This document shows, piece by piece, positions 20,024-30,931 of a stretch of DNA of 64,000 nt. Where the stretch lies: contig OZ219747.1 of the NCBI GenBank assembly GCA_964291265.2, positions 736,001 through 800,000 on the forward strand, in the 5' to 3' direction. The translations under genes were made by a program, and so were the position numbers. The stretch's first letter is position 1; every line of letters starts with the position of its first letter. The stretch comes from Alphaproteobacteria bacterium (GTDB taxonomy: Bacteria; Pseudomonadota; Alphaproteobacteria; SP197). The notes under the pieces were generated by a model. It made no database searches. It was not told the DNA's origin and saw only the letters and a list, made by a program, of their open reading frames with translations.

Positions 20024-20863
20024 ATGAAACTGTTGCAACGACTGGGGGCCACGCTGATTGCCGCCCTCGCCCTGCTGTCGCTCACACCTGACGCGGCACA
20101 GGCGCAATCGACCTGGGAGAAGATCCAGGAAACCGGCAAGCTGCGCATGGGCGTGACACAGGCTCCGCCGTGGTATTCGAAGAACCCGGCGAACGGCGAA
20201 TGGGAGAGCGGTTTGATCGTCTCCATCGGCAAGGCCATGGCCGAGGAACTGGACGTCGAGCTGGAAATGGTCGAAGTCACCTGGGCCACCGCCATCGCGG
20301 CACTGCAAGCCGACAAGATCGACATGATGTTCCTCGACGCCACGCCAAAGCGGGCGATGGTGGTCGACTATCCGAAGCAGCCGCTGCTTTACATCTCGCT
20401 GGCCGTTCTGGCGGATGACGACCTCAGCGTCAGCACATGGGAAGACCTGAACAAGCCGGAAGTGACCGTGGGCGTGCCGCAGGCGACCTCGATGGATGCC
20501 TTCCTGACGCGCACCATCCCGAACGCCGACATCCAGCGCTTCCCGGACAACGGCGCCGCGATCGCGGCTTTCCAGTCGGGTCGGGTTGATGCGGTTTCGC
20601 TGTTCCATCCGCCCCTGCTCGCCGCCCGTCAGAAACTGGGCCGGGGCCAGCTGGTGATCCCGACCCCGGCCTTTTCGTCGCCGTCCTCCATCGCGGTCCG
20701 CCGCGAGGCTGACAAGACCTTCCGCGACTGGGTCGATCACACGATCTTCTATTACTACGAAACGGGTCGCACCCAGCGGTGGTACGAGGAGTTCCTGACC
20801 GACTTTGGCCTGGACCCGAAGGCCTCGCCGGTCATCCAGCGCGAACTCCTGTTCAACAACTGA
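20024..20863 (+). CDS. Amino acid ABC transporter substrate-binding protein
   Basis: Signal peptide MKLLQRLG..AQAQ, family-3 SBP pattern; purine-rich RBS upstream. Confidence 0.9.
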   Translation: MKLLQRLGATLIAALALLSLTPDAAQAQSTWEKIQETGKLRMGVTQAPPWYSKNPANGEWESGLIVSIGKAMAEELDVELEMVEVTWATAIAALQADKIDMMFLDATPKRAMVVDYPKQPLLYISLAVLADDDLSVSTWEDLNKPEVTVGVPQATSMDAFLTRTIPNADIQRFPDNGAAIAAFQSGRVDAVSLFHPPLLAARQKLGRGQLVIPTPAFSSPSSIAVRREADKTFRDWVDHTIFYYYETGRTQRWYEEFLTDFGLDPKASPVIQRELLFNN

Positions 20864-20913
20864 GCGACAACGAGCGGCGGCGCCTGCCGCCGCCCGCTTT
20901 CAGGGATGCCTTG

Positions 20914-21837
20914 ATGAACCAGGATACCCACGTTTCCTCCCATGACGCGGCTCAGGATGACCGCAACGCCAACATCAGGATCTACGTCAATGGCGAGATC
21001 GTACATCGCGACGAGGCCAGGGTCTCGGTCTACGATTCCGGCTTCATGCTGGGCGATGGTGTCTGGGAGGGATTGAGGCTTCATGACGGACGCATCCCGT
21101 TTCTCGCCGAGCATCTCGACCGGCTCTACGAGGGGGCGCTTTTCATAGATCTCGACATCGGCATGAGCCGCGAAGAACTGATCCGGGCCATCCGCGACAC
21201 GCTCGACGCCAACGAGATGGTGACGGACGTGCATATCCGCCTCATGGTCACACGCGGGCGCAAGAAGAAGCCCTTCCAGCACCCGCATCTGTCGGTCTAC
21301 GGCCCGACCATTGTCATCATCGCAGAACACTCGAAGTCCGACGAGAGCCTGATCGAGCGCGGCATCCGGTTGGCCTCGGTTCCGCATCATCGCGGCCTGC
21401 CGCTGACGCAGGACGCCAGGCTGAATTCTCATTCCAAGCTGAACTGCATCATTCCTCTGACCCACGCCGTGCGACAGGGCGCGGACGAGGCGCTGATGCT
21501 CGATCCTTTCGGTTTTGTGAACACCACCAATGCCTGCAACTTCTTCATCGTCCGCAAGGGCGAGGTCTGGACCTCGATCGGCGACTATTGCCTGAACGGA
21601 ATCACGCGGCGGAAGGTGATCGACCTCTGTCGCGCCCATGACATTCCGGTTTACGAGCGCAACTACTCCCTGATCGACGCCTACGGCGCCGACGAAGCCT
21701 TCCTGACAGGCACGTTCGGCGCGCAGGTCCCCGTGTTTGAAATCGATGGCAGAATGATCGGAGACGGCGCTGCCGGGCCTTTCTTCCAGAGAATCCGTGC
21801 GCTCTACAGAAGCGCCATCGCCCGTGACGCGACATGA
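20914..21837 (+). CDS. Class IV PLP-dependent aminotransferase
   Basis: SVYDSGFMLGDGVWEG, HSKLN, GADEALMLD, LNGITR, EAFLTGT. Confidence 0.9.
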   Translation: MNQDTHVSSHDAAQDDRNANIRIYVNGEIVHRDEARVSVYDSGFMLGDGVWEGLRLHDGRIPFLAEHLDRLYEGALFIDLDIGMSREELIRAIRDTLDANEMVTDVHIRLMVTRGRKKKPFQHPHLSVYGPTIVIIAEHSKSDESLIERGIRLASVPHHRGLPLTQDARLNSHSKLNCIIPLTHAVRQGADEALMLDPFGFVNTTNACNFFIVRKGEVWTSIGDYCLNGITRRKVIDLCRAHDIPVYERNYSLIDAYGADEAFLTGTFGAQVPVFEIDGRMIGDGAAGPFFQRIRALYRSAIARDAT

Positions 21838-21865
21838 ACTGACCGGCTGCAGAACCCGGACCGAC

Positions 21866-22867
21866 CTTTCAACCGGACGCTGTCAACTCTGCCCATTCCA
21901 GCATATCGAGTTCGCACGCCATCCAGTCGATTCAGACATCCTGACCCTGGTCACGGGCGTACTCCCTCATCGCCCAGTCGGTCCTGTCATCACCGACAAG
22001 GGGCGCCGCCCGGCCCATGACACGCTCGGGCTCCCGGCACAGCACGGCGCGCCAGTCAGACGACAGGGGATTCTTCCATACGGCGCGCTTGACACCCTGG
22101 ACCCGGGAGGCCGACCCGAGGTCATCTTCTCACAACGCTCCCAGCCCGCCGCCCGGTAGCTCGCGCCACTGTGCTCGGGACCCACATACGTGTAGGCCAG
22201 AACCGGCGTCACGCCGTACTTCTTATGCCAGTCCGCGGCCAGACGCCGGCAGGCACAGCCCAGGGCATGGGAGGCCAACTCCTTCACATCCACCGATGGA
22301 AGAATCAGGAAGCGATCATTGTTGACGATCTCGCCGAGGTGGGCGACACGGGCTCCCTGGGACCAGCCGATGAAGTCGTCGCTCAGCCTTCTGGTGCCAA
22401 CTCGCCGCACCAAACACCAGGCCGCCGAGGCGACCGTGGCGCGACGAGGTGATCCAGTAGCTCACCCGGGCTCCGGGTGCGCACGCCTCGCCTTCGGGAT
22501 GCCAGGTCGCCATCATCGAACGGGCCAGGCGCTTGTCCTCGCCCTCGCCCACAGGCTCCAAGGTGACCTCTCCAAGGTCCTCCAGAGAACAGGCGAGGAG
22601 CTTGTCGGGATAGTCCCGCTCAAGGGTGTCGGCGCCGGTGCCGAAGGCATCAGGCCTTGGTGCAGGAAGGGCGATGTCGAGCGACGCAGCAAGGTCAGGC
22701 AGGGCCGCACGCGCCGAGGCAAGACAGAGCTCGCCCTTCGCGTTGCGCCACTCCTCGCGCTCGCACAATCCCCGCGCCAGAGACGAGCGTGTGCTGCCCT
22801 CGGCAGCCGACGCCGCCTTCAGCCAGTCAACCGTCGTCGCAGACAGATGTCGAAAGCCGATCCTCAT
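21866..22867 (-). pseudogene. Truncated, frameshifted DUF4338-IS4 transposase related to copy A
   Basis: MRIGFRHLS..LARGLCEREEWRN..CLASA homologous to the 2967 N-terminus; VNNDRFLILP..LASHAL; DDE part missing. Confidence 0.8.
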
Positions 22868-23070
22868 GGACCACTATGCAAGGTCTCATGAAACGAGATT
22901 CAACAACGTCAAGAAGAAAGCGCAGGGAAGGGGGAAGTGTATGCCTTGCGGTTCCGGTTCGAGAACAGTTCGCCCTGAGATCACGGTTCACTGCCAACTT
23001 CCCGGTTGCAGTCATGCCGACCAGCTTTCCGACGATAGGCAGTCAGGCACGACTCTTCCTATTGTCATGA

Positions 23071-24041
23071 TCAAGGTCCTGGTGCCGTGCGCACATTCTG
23101 ACATTTCCAGGCGAGCATCGGCATTGCGGAAATGCGGGCTTGCAGGTCTGAACTTGCATCGAGAAGGTCACTGTTTACTTCGCCGCGTTCCAGGACGCCG
23201 TCGAGGAAATCGCGTTCGGCTTCCGTCAAGTCCAACAAAAACTCACATCGCTCACGACACAGCGCTACCGTCTTCTCGACCCATGCATCGACAGCCGCCT
23301 TGCCGCCGAAATACTCGCGCGGCAGACATATCATCAATTTCTGGCGAAGCTCGCGTGGATCGCCCCTAATCGCATCAATCGAAACCGTTCGCCAATCACG
23401 GCGTGCGCAGGCACCGAACGCGAGAAATGCGGCTTTGATGCCCTTCCAGTCAAGCCCGCCAAGCGACAGGATGCGGCGCGCATCAAAGAGATCGCGCGCG
23501 GCGTGACGATCAAAAAGAGCAACGAGCTTGCCGGCGACAACCTCCTCAAGATTGAGTACCAGCACGTCCTTCGCACGCATGTCCCCGAGCGGGACCACGA
23601 CACACGGGCGGCGCCAAACAAGGGCTGACGCGCCATGTAGTTCACATCGAGTTCCAATGTCGTATTGCCGCCGAGCGCCGCGGCGAAGCGCATGACCCAC
23701 TTGCCGCCGGCATGCTCATCCGGCTTTCGGCGAATATCGTATCCTTGGTAGGCAAGGAGCCGGTTGAGTGCGGCCTCGACATCCTGCCGCTCAGTCTCCA
23801 TGGCCGCACGGTCGAGCGCACCGACATAGTTGAGGTCGATGTCGACCGACAGACGATCGAGGCCGAGATGAAAGACATTGAGCGCCGTGCCGCCCTTGAG
23901 CACGAGCCGCTCATTCAGAACTCGATCGCCAGTGATTTCCTGAAGAATGTCGAGGAGGCGCATCACCTTTTCGAGGGAGCTTGCCTGATAGCCAGTCTCA
24001 CCGGCAATGCGCTGTAGGGTCTGGATCGACAGCGCTGCCAT
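23071..24041 (-). pseudogene. AbiEii-family nucleotidyltransferase toxin, frameshifted near 23600
   Basis: LVLKGGTALN..RLSVDIDL in one frame; AGKLVALFDR.AARDLFD in another. Confidence 0.85.
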
Positions 24042-24078
24042 TGTAAGCGTTCGGTCGCGCAGTGATTGTTGGTGATAT

Positions 24079-24422
24079 TCACCGGTTGAGGATGAGTTTC
24101 CAGTCTTTGCGGAGAGGCCTCAGCCAGATGTCCTTTTTTTGGTTTGTCGAGTTTCCTGTGCGTATCGTAGCGTCCGCGCCCCTTGGTGGTGCCGACATGG
24201 ATCCAACCCGACGCCTTGTAGACGGCGCCTGTGTAGCGCGGTGCATGGCCAGAAAGGCGACACTCGCCATCATGTTCTTGAGGCCCCGTCGGGCTTGTAT
24301 CAGCCGGTCTCGCGGCAGAAGGCGCGGGCGATGGCCGCACGGGTGGGGTGCTGGGTGATCAGGGAGCGCAGCTCCATCTCGTGCGCGGTGAAGTCACGGC
24401 CGTCGTAACGGCACTCGATCAC
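24079..24422 (-). pseudogene. Stand-alone DUF4338-like passenger gene of the outer IS66, internally deleted
   Basis: RYDGRDFTAHE..TRAAIARAFCRETG* joined to YTGAVYKASGWIHVGTTKGRGRYD..K.IWLRPLRKDW; GTG overlaps the transposase stop. Confidence 0.75.
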
Positions 24423-24502
24423 CCCGGTTCCATGAGGTCCCTTCGACGCTCCGGGGTCATCGACCATGGCAGCCACGGGTCGAGGTCATCCGGCGGCTTG
24501 CC

Positions 24503-26931
24503 CTACCTATTAGTCACAAATCGTGCAGGGCGCGGTCATGTCCTTCCGACGTCGGATCCAGATCGAGGGCCTCGAGCAGGCATTCATAGGCCAGGGCAGC
24601 GGTGGCCAGTCGCGGATAGCCATGCCACATCGTCTGGTTGCCCGGCGCCGGATCATGCTTGCGGTCCAGATACCCGCCGAGGATCGCCACCAGCTTCACC
24701 GCCGCCCCCAGCGTGTCGGGCGGGTCCAGCCGGTATCGCCGGGCATAGTCGCCGAGGAAGCGGAGTTCCAGGTCCGAGAACAGGCAGTCGGGCTTCATCG
24801 TCGGCACATCCCGCCCGAGCAGGGTCATCAGGGCAAGACGCCAGGCGATCACGGCGTGGATGGTGATCTGCCGTTCCAGGCGGCAGGCCTTGCGCGTCGC
24901 CAGGTGCTCCACCCGGCAGCCGGACTTCAGCACCCGGAACCAGCATTCGATCCGCCAGCGCAGCGCGTACCAGCCGACGATCTCCTGGGCCGCTTCGGCG
25001 TGGTCCACAGGAAGGTCGGTCAACAGGAACCATTCCACCGGAGCTTCCCCGGCCGGCGGGGCCGTCTCGAGGAGATGCAGCGCGGTCACGGCCACGGGCG
25101 CGGCATCGGGGCAGCCAGCGGTCGCCGGCAGCGTGGTCGACAACCAGCGCAACTCCAGCACCGCGTTCCGCCGGGCAGTGCGGCCGGGCTGCTTCTTGCG
25201 CCCCGAGGACTTCGGCCGGGCCGTCAGGCGGGGTATGTCGATCTGCATGGTGCCGCGGCAGGCAGACGTACGTAGTCGGGTGAACAGCTTCGCAGCCCCG
25301 CGCTTGAGAACCCGGTCATGTCGAGCCCGCACCAGCATCGACAGACGGCGATGCTGCCGGCACCGGTCGAACAGTTCGAAGAAGTCCGCTTCCCGGTCCA
25401 TCACGCACACGACCTTCACCCCGGTCGTCCGGGCCGCGAGGTCCGCGATGTCGTCGAGACCGTCGAGCCAGCGCTGCGACGTGCGCCGGGACATCTCGAC
25501 ATCCTCGCCCGAACCGGTCTTTGCCCGGGGGCGGGGAGGAGCGTCGAAGGCAAGACGCGCCACCCCCAGCGGCAGGCCTTCGCCGCTGACAACGTAGCTG
25601 GCGTGCAGGTGCAGGCCCAGGGTCTGCGAGGCCGTCTGGTTCGTGCCGATGATGCCCAGACCGTCGCAGCCCGGACGGGTCGCGAAGTTCAGGTCCGTCC
25701 CGTCCTGAATGCACAACGCCACCCGCTGGCCGCACATCCGCTGCACCGTTCGTTGACGGTGCGGCGCCAGGATGTTCGCCGGGGTCACCGCCGACGTCTC
25801 CGGCTGATCCAGGAACCGATAATAGGCCCGGACACCGGCAGGATCCGGGCGCGCCAGACCGCTGTAGGACGACATCGGACTCTCTCCCTGTCTTCGTGCA
25901 ATCTCCACCAGGCGCGCACTCAGACGCCGGTCGCCGATCGGCGCTCCCCCGAACTCGTGGTGCGCCCACGCCGAGGCGTCCAGACCCTCCCCCGGGGACA
26001 GGGCCGGCATCGGCTCCGCCACCCCCAGCTTGTGCCGCCAGTCCCGGTCCAGAACGTACATGTACACGGCCTTGACGCTCTCGGCCATCTCGCGCGCGCG
26101 GTCCTGACGGCCTCGGCCCCGGGTGAACCCCACGAGCTGCCAGTTCGCCGCCCGCAGGCTCGCACCGTCGCGCGTCGGGTCGACATAGGTCTCGACCAGC
26201 CATGGCAGGAACCCGTAGCGCTGCGCAACATCGGCGCCCAGGCGAGACAGGCACATCGACAGCGTCTTCGACGCAAGGTTCGCAACCGGCACCCGGATCA
26301 GAAACCGGCTCATCGACAGCACCCGGTGTCGCTCCGCACGACGCCGGTCGGCATCCCAGCCGATCCAGGCATCCCGATCCGCCACCTTCAGCGCCGCTGC
26401 GGCAAAGCCGAAACCGCCGAGACAGCCGTGAGCGGAATCCACCAGATAGCGCAGCTGATGACCGGCCAGAATGGGAGCGCCGAGAAAGTGCTCCCGCGCC
26501 ATCAGTTCGTTCCAGAGCGCCCGTTCGGCATCCGTGCGCACCAGCAGGATCCGCAGACCCTGGATCGCCGCCACGCTCGCCGGCACATCACGCGGCTTCT
26601 CCACCGCCTCGCCGAGCCGGCGGGGCGTTGCCCGACGCCGCTGACCGGAGGGCTCCGGCAAGCCCTCGATCCTGCCCTGCGATGCCAGCTGCTTCAGGGC
26701 CACGACACAGCTCGATACCCGCTCGCGTCCCCGTGCGTCCCGCAGGCCGAAGTGCCGGCACACTTCCAGCGCCAGGCGGTTTTGACTACTATCGCCGCTC
26801 TCGGTGACGATCGACTGCAGGCGATCGAGCTGGTCCTCAAGGACGCGTTTGATCGGAATGTGTGCTTCCATGCAGGGCAGGGTGCACCATCCGAATCATC
26901 TTGTCCAGCACGATTTATGACTAAAGGGCAG
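24503..26931 (-). mobile_element. IS4-family insertion sequence (copy B)
   Basis: TIRs CTACCTATTAGTCACAAATCGTGC / CTGCCCTTTAGTCATAAATCGTGC; 8-bp TSD GGCTTGCC at 24495-24502 and 26932-26939. Confidence 0.92.
24514..26871 (-). CDS. IS4-family transposase with N-terminal DUF4338 (DruA-like) domain
   Basis: RDAWIGW, SRFLIR..NLAS, VETYVD, AANWQLVG.TRGRGR; IQDGT, MDREAD, YALRWRIE..RVLK. Confidence 0.9.
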   Translation of the reverse strand: MEAHIPIKRVLEDQLDRLQSIVTESGDSSQNRLALEVCRHFGLRDARGRERVSSCVVALKQLASQGRIEGLPEPSGQRRRATPRRLGEAVEKPRDVPASVAAIQGLRILLVRTDAERALWNELMAREHFLGAPILAGHQLRYLVDSAHGCLGGFGFAAAALKVADRDAWIGWDADRRRAERHRVLSMSRFLIRVPVANLASKTLSMCLSRLGADVAQRYGFLPWLVETYVDPTRDGASLRAANWQLVGFTRGRGRQDRAREMAESVKAVYMYVLDRDWRHKLGVAEPMPALSPGEGLDASAWAHHEFGGAPIGDRRLSARLVEIARRQGESPMSSYSGLARPDPAGVRAYYRFLDQPETSAVTPANILAPHRQRTVQRMCGQRVALCIQDGTDLNFATRPGCDGLGIIGTNQTASQTLGLHLHASYVVSGEGLPLGVARLAFDAPPRPRAKTGSGEDVEMSRRTSQRWLDGLDDIADLAARTTGVKVVCVMDREADFFELFDRCRQHRRLSMLVRARHDRVLKRGAAKLFTRLRTSACRGTMQIDIPRLTARPKSSGRKKQPGRTARRNAVLELRWLSTTLPATAGCPDAAPVAVTALHLLETAPPAGEAPVEWFLLTDLPVDHAEAAQEIVGWYALRWRIECWFRVLKSGCRVEHLATRKACRLERQITIHAVIAWRLALMTLLGRDVPTMKPDCLFSDLELRFLGDYARRYRLDPPDTLGAAVKLVAILGGYLDRKHDPAPGNQTMWHGYPRLATAALAYECLLEALDLDPTSEGHDRALHDL

Positions 26932-27549
26932 GGCTTGCCGCCGTTCTGCGCGCAGGCCTCAAGCCACTCATGAAGCCAGCGCCGAACATTGATGTTGTTC
27001 ATGGCAAGGGTGCCGATGACCGAGTACATGATGGCGGTGAAGGCGGCGCCTTCCTCGCTGTCGGAGCCGAAGCTCAGCTTTCTCGCGGTCACCGCACCCC
27101 GGAGGGTTCTCTCGGCAAAGTTGTTGTCCATGGGCACCTGGGGGTGGTCGACAAAGACGCACAGTCCCTCGCGGTGACGGATCAGGGAACGCAAGGGCTT
27201 CGCTTCGCGTGCACCCTCGGGCAAGGCGTCGAGTTCCTCCTGAGCCTGCCTGAACAGCGCCTCGACAGCCGCACGAAGGTCCTTCTGCAGGGCATTGAAC
27301 CTCGCTGACTGACGCTTGCGTGCGGGATCGTAGTGCTTCAGCCGTTGCCCATTCAGTGTGTAGATCAGCGCGATCCTGTCGAGCCACCTGTCGCACCACT
27401 CTTCCAGCCCCTCTTGGCCTGCCGCAGCCTCGATCACATCGCGCCTGGAGTGCGCCCAGCAAAGGCAGAGGATCACCTTGCCATCAAGCTCGCGCTCCAG
27501 TTTCCTGTAGACCACGTAGCGGTCGCAAACAAGGAAGACGAGTAACTAC

Positions 27550-29028
27550 TCACCCCTTGTTAGGGTCTGGTTGTCCGTAGTGCTGGTTGAGGATGTCTAC
27601 GGCCTTTCCGTCGAGGGCGATGTGGATGGCGACGTGAGGGTTGTAGCCGAGTGCGTCCATGGTGGTGAGGTAGCTTGAGCCGCGGCACCATGCCTTGGCG
27701 TGGGGCATGGTGCGGAAACATCCGGACACCTTGATCTTGACCTTTGTCATCCTGATCTTCTGCTCTCCGGTATTATTTGTGAAACTGACATTGGGGTCCT
27801 TCATGAAGCGCAGGACGGACTTCTCGTGTTTCACGAGACGTTCATGCAGGTTGTGCGCGTCGGACTTTGCGATGCGTCCACGTTTTCCTTTCGTCCGTGG
27901 CGGGATGTCGGGCAGTTCCTTGGCGCCCTGGGTGAGGATGGTGCGGTAGCGCTTGCGCACGGCCCGGCGGTCGGCCTCGTTCAAGGTCTTGGATGCGCTC
28001 TTGTTGACCCTGCGGGAGACCTCGCGCAGTAGGCTTTTCATCAGTCGCGCCCAGCGGTAGCCGTTGGACTCGACGACGAAGGTCAGTTCGCGCAGGAGAT
28101 GGCTGCCGCACAGTTGGTGGCGGCATTGATCGTAGCCCATGTAGGCCGCCCAGCAGTCGTGGATCAGGACGCCCTTGTAGCGCGGGATGATGCCGATCTC
28201 TTCGATCGCCTCCCGGCCGCGCTTGGGGTGCGGGAACTTGCACGTCAGGGTGCCGTCGGTGACGACATGGAGCCATTGGGTCTTGCCGGCGACCCGGAAG
28301 CCGGTCTCGTCGACATGCAGGGCCGGTTGTTGCAGGAGATGGGCCACGGCGGCCTCCTCCCATGATGCGAGGGCATCGTGAAAGCGCCGGACATAGCCGA
28401 GGCAGGTCGCCTCGGAGAGCTTGATGCCGGAGATCGCGTGCACGAGCGAGACGGCACGACGCAGGGACAGCATCTGGGCGATCAGCAGGTTGATGACGAG
28501 GGCCTGGATGCTGACGCCGTACTGCAGGGGGCCCGGCATGTTGTCTGGGAACCGGCCCTTGGTCCGGGCCCGGCACTTCGGACATTCCTTGATCTCGGCT
28601 TCGACGCGGCGCTCGACGACTTCGAATACGATGTCGTAGAGGACGCGGCACTCCCGGTCGACGGGGTCGACGTCGTGGAGGTCGGCGCCGCAGGCGTCGC
28701 AGGCATCGACGACGATCGTCTCCTCGACGGTGGTCGTGCGCAGGTTGTCGCCCGTCTGCTGGTTCGGCTTCGGGCCCTTGCCGTGGCTCCCGGTGCGCCT
28801 CGCGCTCTCGTCCTTGTCAGTCTGCGATGGCGGCAGACCGGAGTTCCGGCTTGTCTTGCGTGTGATCTTCTCCATGAGCACGGTCAGCAACAGCTTTATC
28901 AGCATCAGCATGCCGCGGAAGAGCTCCTCGCACTCCTGGTTGACCTTGCCCTGCTTGCGGAGATCCTGGAACTGCTTCTGGAAGACGTCGGCCTCCTGGC
29001 GCACAGACGTGCCGTTCACGCTCGCCAT
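27550..29028 (-). CDS. IS66-family transposase
   Basis: TSRNSGLPPS, CDACG..CPKC, LHVDETGFR, IHDCW, CGSHLLREL, FTNN.GEQ.IR..K...K.SGCFR. Confidence 0.92.
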   Translation of the reverse strand: MASVNGTSVRQEADVFQKQFQDLRKQGKVNQECEELFRGMLMLIKLLLTVLMEKITRKTSRNSGLPPSQTDKDESARRTGSHGKGPKPNQQTGDNLRTTTVEETIVVDACDACGADLHDVDPVDRECRVLYDIVFEVVERRVEAEIKECPKCRARTKGRFPDNMPGPLQYGVSIQALVINLLIAQMLSLRRAVSLVHAISGIKLSEATCLGYVRRFHDALASWEEAAVAHLLQQPALHVDETGFRVAGKTQWLHVVTDGTLTCKFPHPKRGREAIEEIGIIPRYKGVLIHDCWAAYMGYDQCRHQLCGSHLLRELTFVVESNGYRWARLMKSLLREVSRRVNKSASKTLNEADRRAVRKRYRTILTQGAKELPDIPPRTKGKRGRIAKSDAHNLHERLVKHEKSVLRFMKDPNVSFTNNTGEQKIRMTKVKIKVSGCFRTMPHAKAWCRGSSYLTTMDALGYNPHVAIHIALDGKAVDILNQHYGQPDPNKG

Positions 29029-29693
29029 GACGACGCCTCCACCGCCATGACTGCCGCCAGCACGGCGAGCCGCTCGCCTTCGGGCATCGTCCGGTAGCGC
29101 CGCGCCCAGCTCTCTGCGAGGCGCTTGATGCGCTGGCGGTCGATCGAGTTCCTGCCCGCACACGTATGCCAGTGCGGCCGGCCCGGTGCGAAGTTGAACC
29201 ACAGCTTCTCGGTGACAACGCAGGCCTGGTTGTTGACCTGGATCTCGGCCGAGCGCCAGCCGGCGAGGTGCGTGTCGTAGAGCCGCGAGGGATAGCCGGA
29301 GATCATCACCTGGCAGGGCAGCGACGTCAGGATGTCAAGGAGCGCAACATGGTCGTCGTCCGTGCAGTCGAAGCGGTAGCGGCGCTGCGACCGGCGCGTC
29401 GACTGCACGTAAGGCGGGTCGCAGTAGACCAGCTCGCGGCCCTGGAAGGCGAAGGTCTCGAGAAAACGCAGGGCGCAGCCTTGGTGAAGCTCCACCGGAT
29501 AGTCACAGCGGAAGGTGTCGATCGCCCGTCGGTTGAGGTCGATGCCGATGCTGCGTAGCGCCGGAGGCTTGCGCTTCATGATCGCGCCGCCCCCAAGGAA
29601 CGCCTCGATGTACACGTCATGCGGCGGCATGGCCGCGACGATCGCCTGGCTCAGACCCGTCGTCGCCTTCGATCCGTACCATGCCGCCATCAA
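29016..29693 (-). CDS. Small DNA adenine methyltransferase (Dam/D12-like)
   Basis: YGSK, YIEAFLGGGA (SAM binding), YCDPPY (catalytic), VMISGY, TE.LW.N. Confidence 0.9.
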   Translation of the reverse strand: MMAAWYGSKATTGLSQAIVAAMPPHDVYIEAFLGGGAIMKRKPPALRSIGIDLNRRAIDTFRCDYPVELHQGCALRFLETFAFQGRELVYCDPPYVQSTRRSQRRYRFDCTDDDHVALLDILTSLPCQVMISGYPSRLYDTHLAGWRSAEIQVNNQACVVTEKLWFNFAPGRPHWHTCAGRNSIDRQRIKRLAESWARRYRTMPEGERLAVLAAVMAVEASSWRA

Positions 29694-30931
29694 TATCTCC
29701 GACGCAAACCGCCCCGATGGCCAGCATGTAGAGTGCCCCTCCTACAATGTCAAGCGCATATCTCCAGAGGATTGGAAAGGCAGCCAACCGCTGTGGATGA
29801 TTGCATCATCACGGGGACAAAACCTGGTCATACAAGGCCGGAACGTGGAGCTGAAGCCGAAGATCGATCCGCTTCTTGTCAGTCGGAACACGCACATCCG
29901 ATCATCGGCAGCGAGCAAGTGAAGGCGGCAAGAGAAAATGCCGGATCCGAACCCGTCAGGAAAAACGATCCGTCATCAGTAGGGGGTGAGTAGTTACGAA
30001 GACGACACCTTTGGTGGAGGCGAACAGCACCATGGCCACCCGGGTGCTGCGTGACGGGTCGATGAGGAAGAAGACGGAGTCGGCGCTGACCGCGGTCCAC
30101 AGCCAGGCCTTCTGCGAGCGCCCCGAGGCCTTGAGGGACTGGATGCGCCAGCTGGTCTCGTCGCCGTGGCGCACCGTCAGCCGGTTCTGATGATCGAGGA
30201 TGGCCTGAGCGAGAGGCGCGAACATCGGCGTCATCTTCTTCATGCCGCCAGCGATCGTTCCCGGCGCCATCGGCAGTCCCTGGTCTTCCAGCCATCGCGA
30301 GACCCGGCGCAGGGGACGCAAGCAGGCGAAGCGCTCATAGAGCACGCATGCCCAGACACTGATGCCGAAGGGGGTATTCGCAAGCAAGCGCAAAGGTGGC
30401 GGCGCGATGATCTCCGCAGGCGCCGACGAACACTGACAACCACGGCGCCAACGCCCACGTTCAATCCGCCGGATATGAGCCTTGACATGGACCTCCATGA
30501 TCGAGGTCTCGTGGCTGCCGTTGGCCACATAGGGCTCGCCGCAACACGGGCACGTGCGCTGCGATGCCGGTGGATCATGGCGTTCGTGCTTCTCCTTGAG
30601 CTTCGGACGCGGAGTGCGCCCGTGGCCGCTCTTGCCGGGTTGCTGACCCCGCTTGTTCCCGGTGCCTTCCTTCTTCTTCCGTTTCTCGCTCTTCGACCCG
30701 AAGCGCGCCGTCGCGTGCTTGGCACGCGTCCCGCGGAGATTCCTCAGCTCGCTCGCCTGTTCAGCGTTCTTGAGCTTCAGAGCGTCCCTTTCCTGCTCCA
30801 GCGCCTCCGCTCGGACCTGTCCACGCTTCACCTCCCGGCGAGCCTCCTTGAGCTGATCACGAGTGCGGTCGAGATGAAACTTGAATGTGCCCGCACGGGC
30901 ACGGGCAGAATTCTTCGCACGGCGCAGGTCA

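Larger units (their letters stand above)
27542..29997 (-). mobile_element. Inner IS66-family element (single-transposase, ISBst12-like) carrying a methyltransferase
   Basis: Perfect 15-bp TIR GTAACTACTCACCCC; 8-bp TSD GAAGACGA at 27534-27541 and 29998-30005. Confidence 0.93.

Noticed and set aside
20872-20900. GC hairpin after the substrate-binding gene as a terminator
   Set aside because: The stem is present but the U-tract is weak and the next gene follows closely; function not supportable.
21866-22920. Intact non-autonomous IS4 bounded by CTTTC ends
   Set aside because: The end match is short and no target duplication was found; kept only as a pseudogene.
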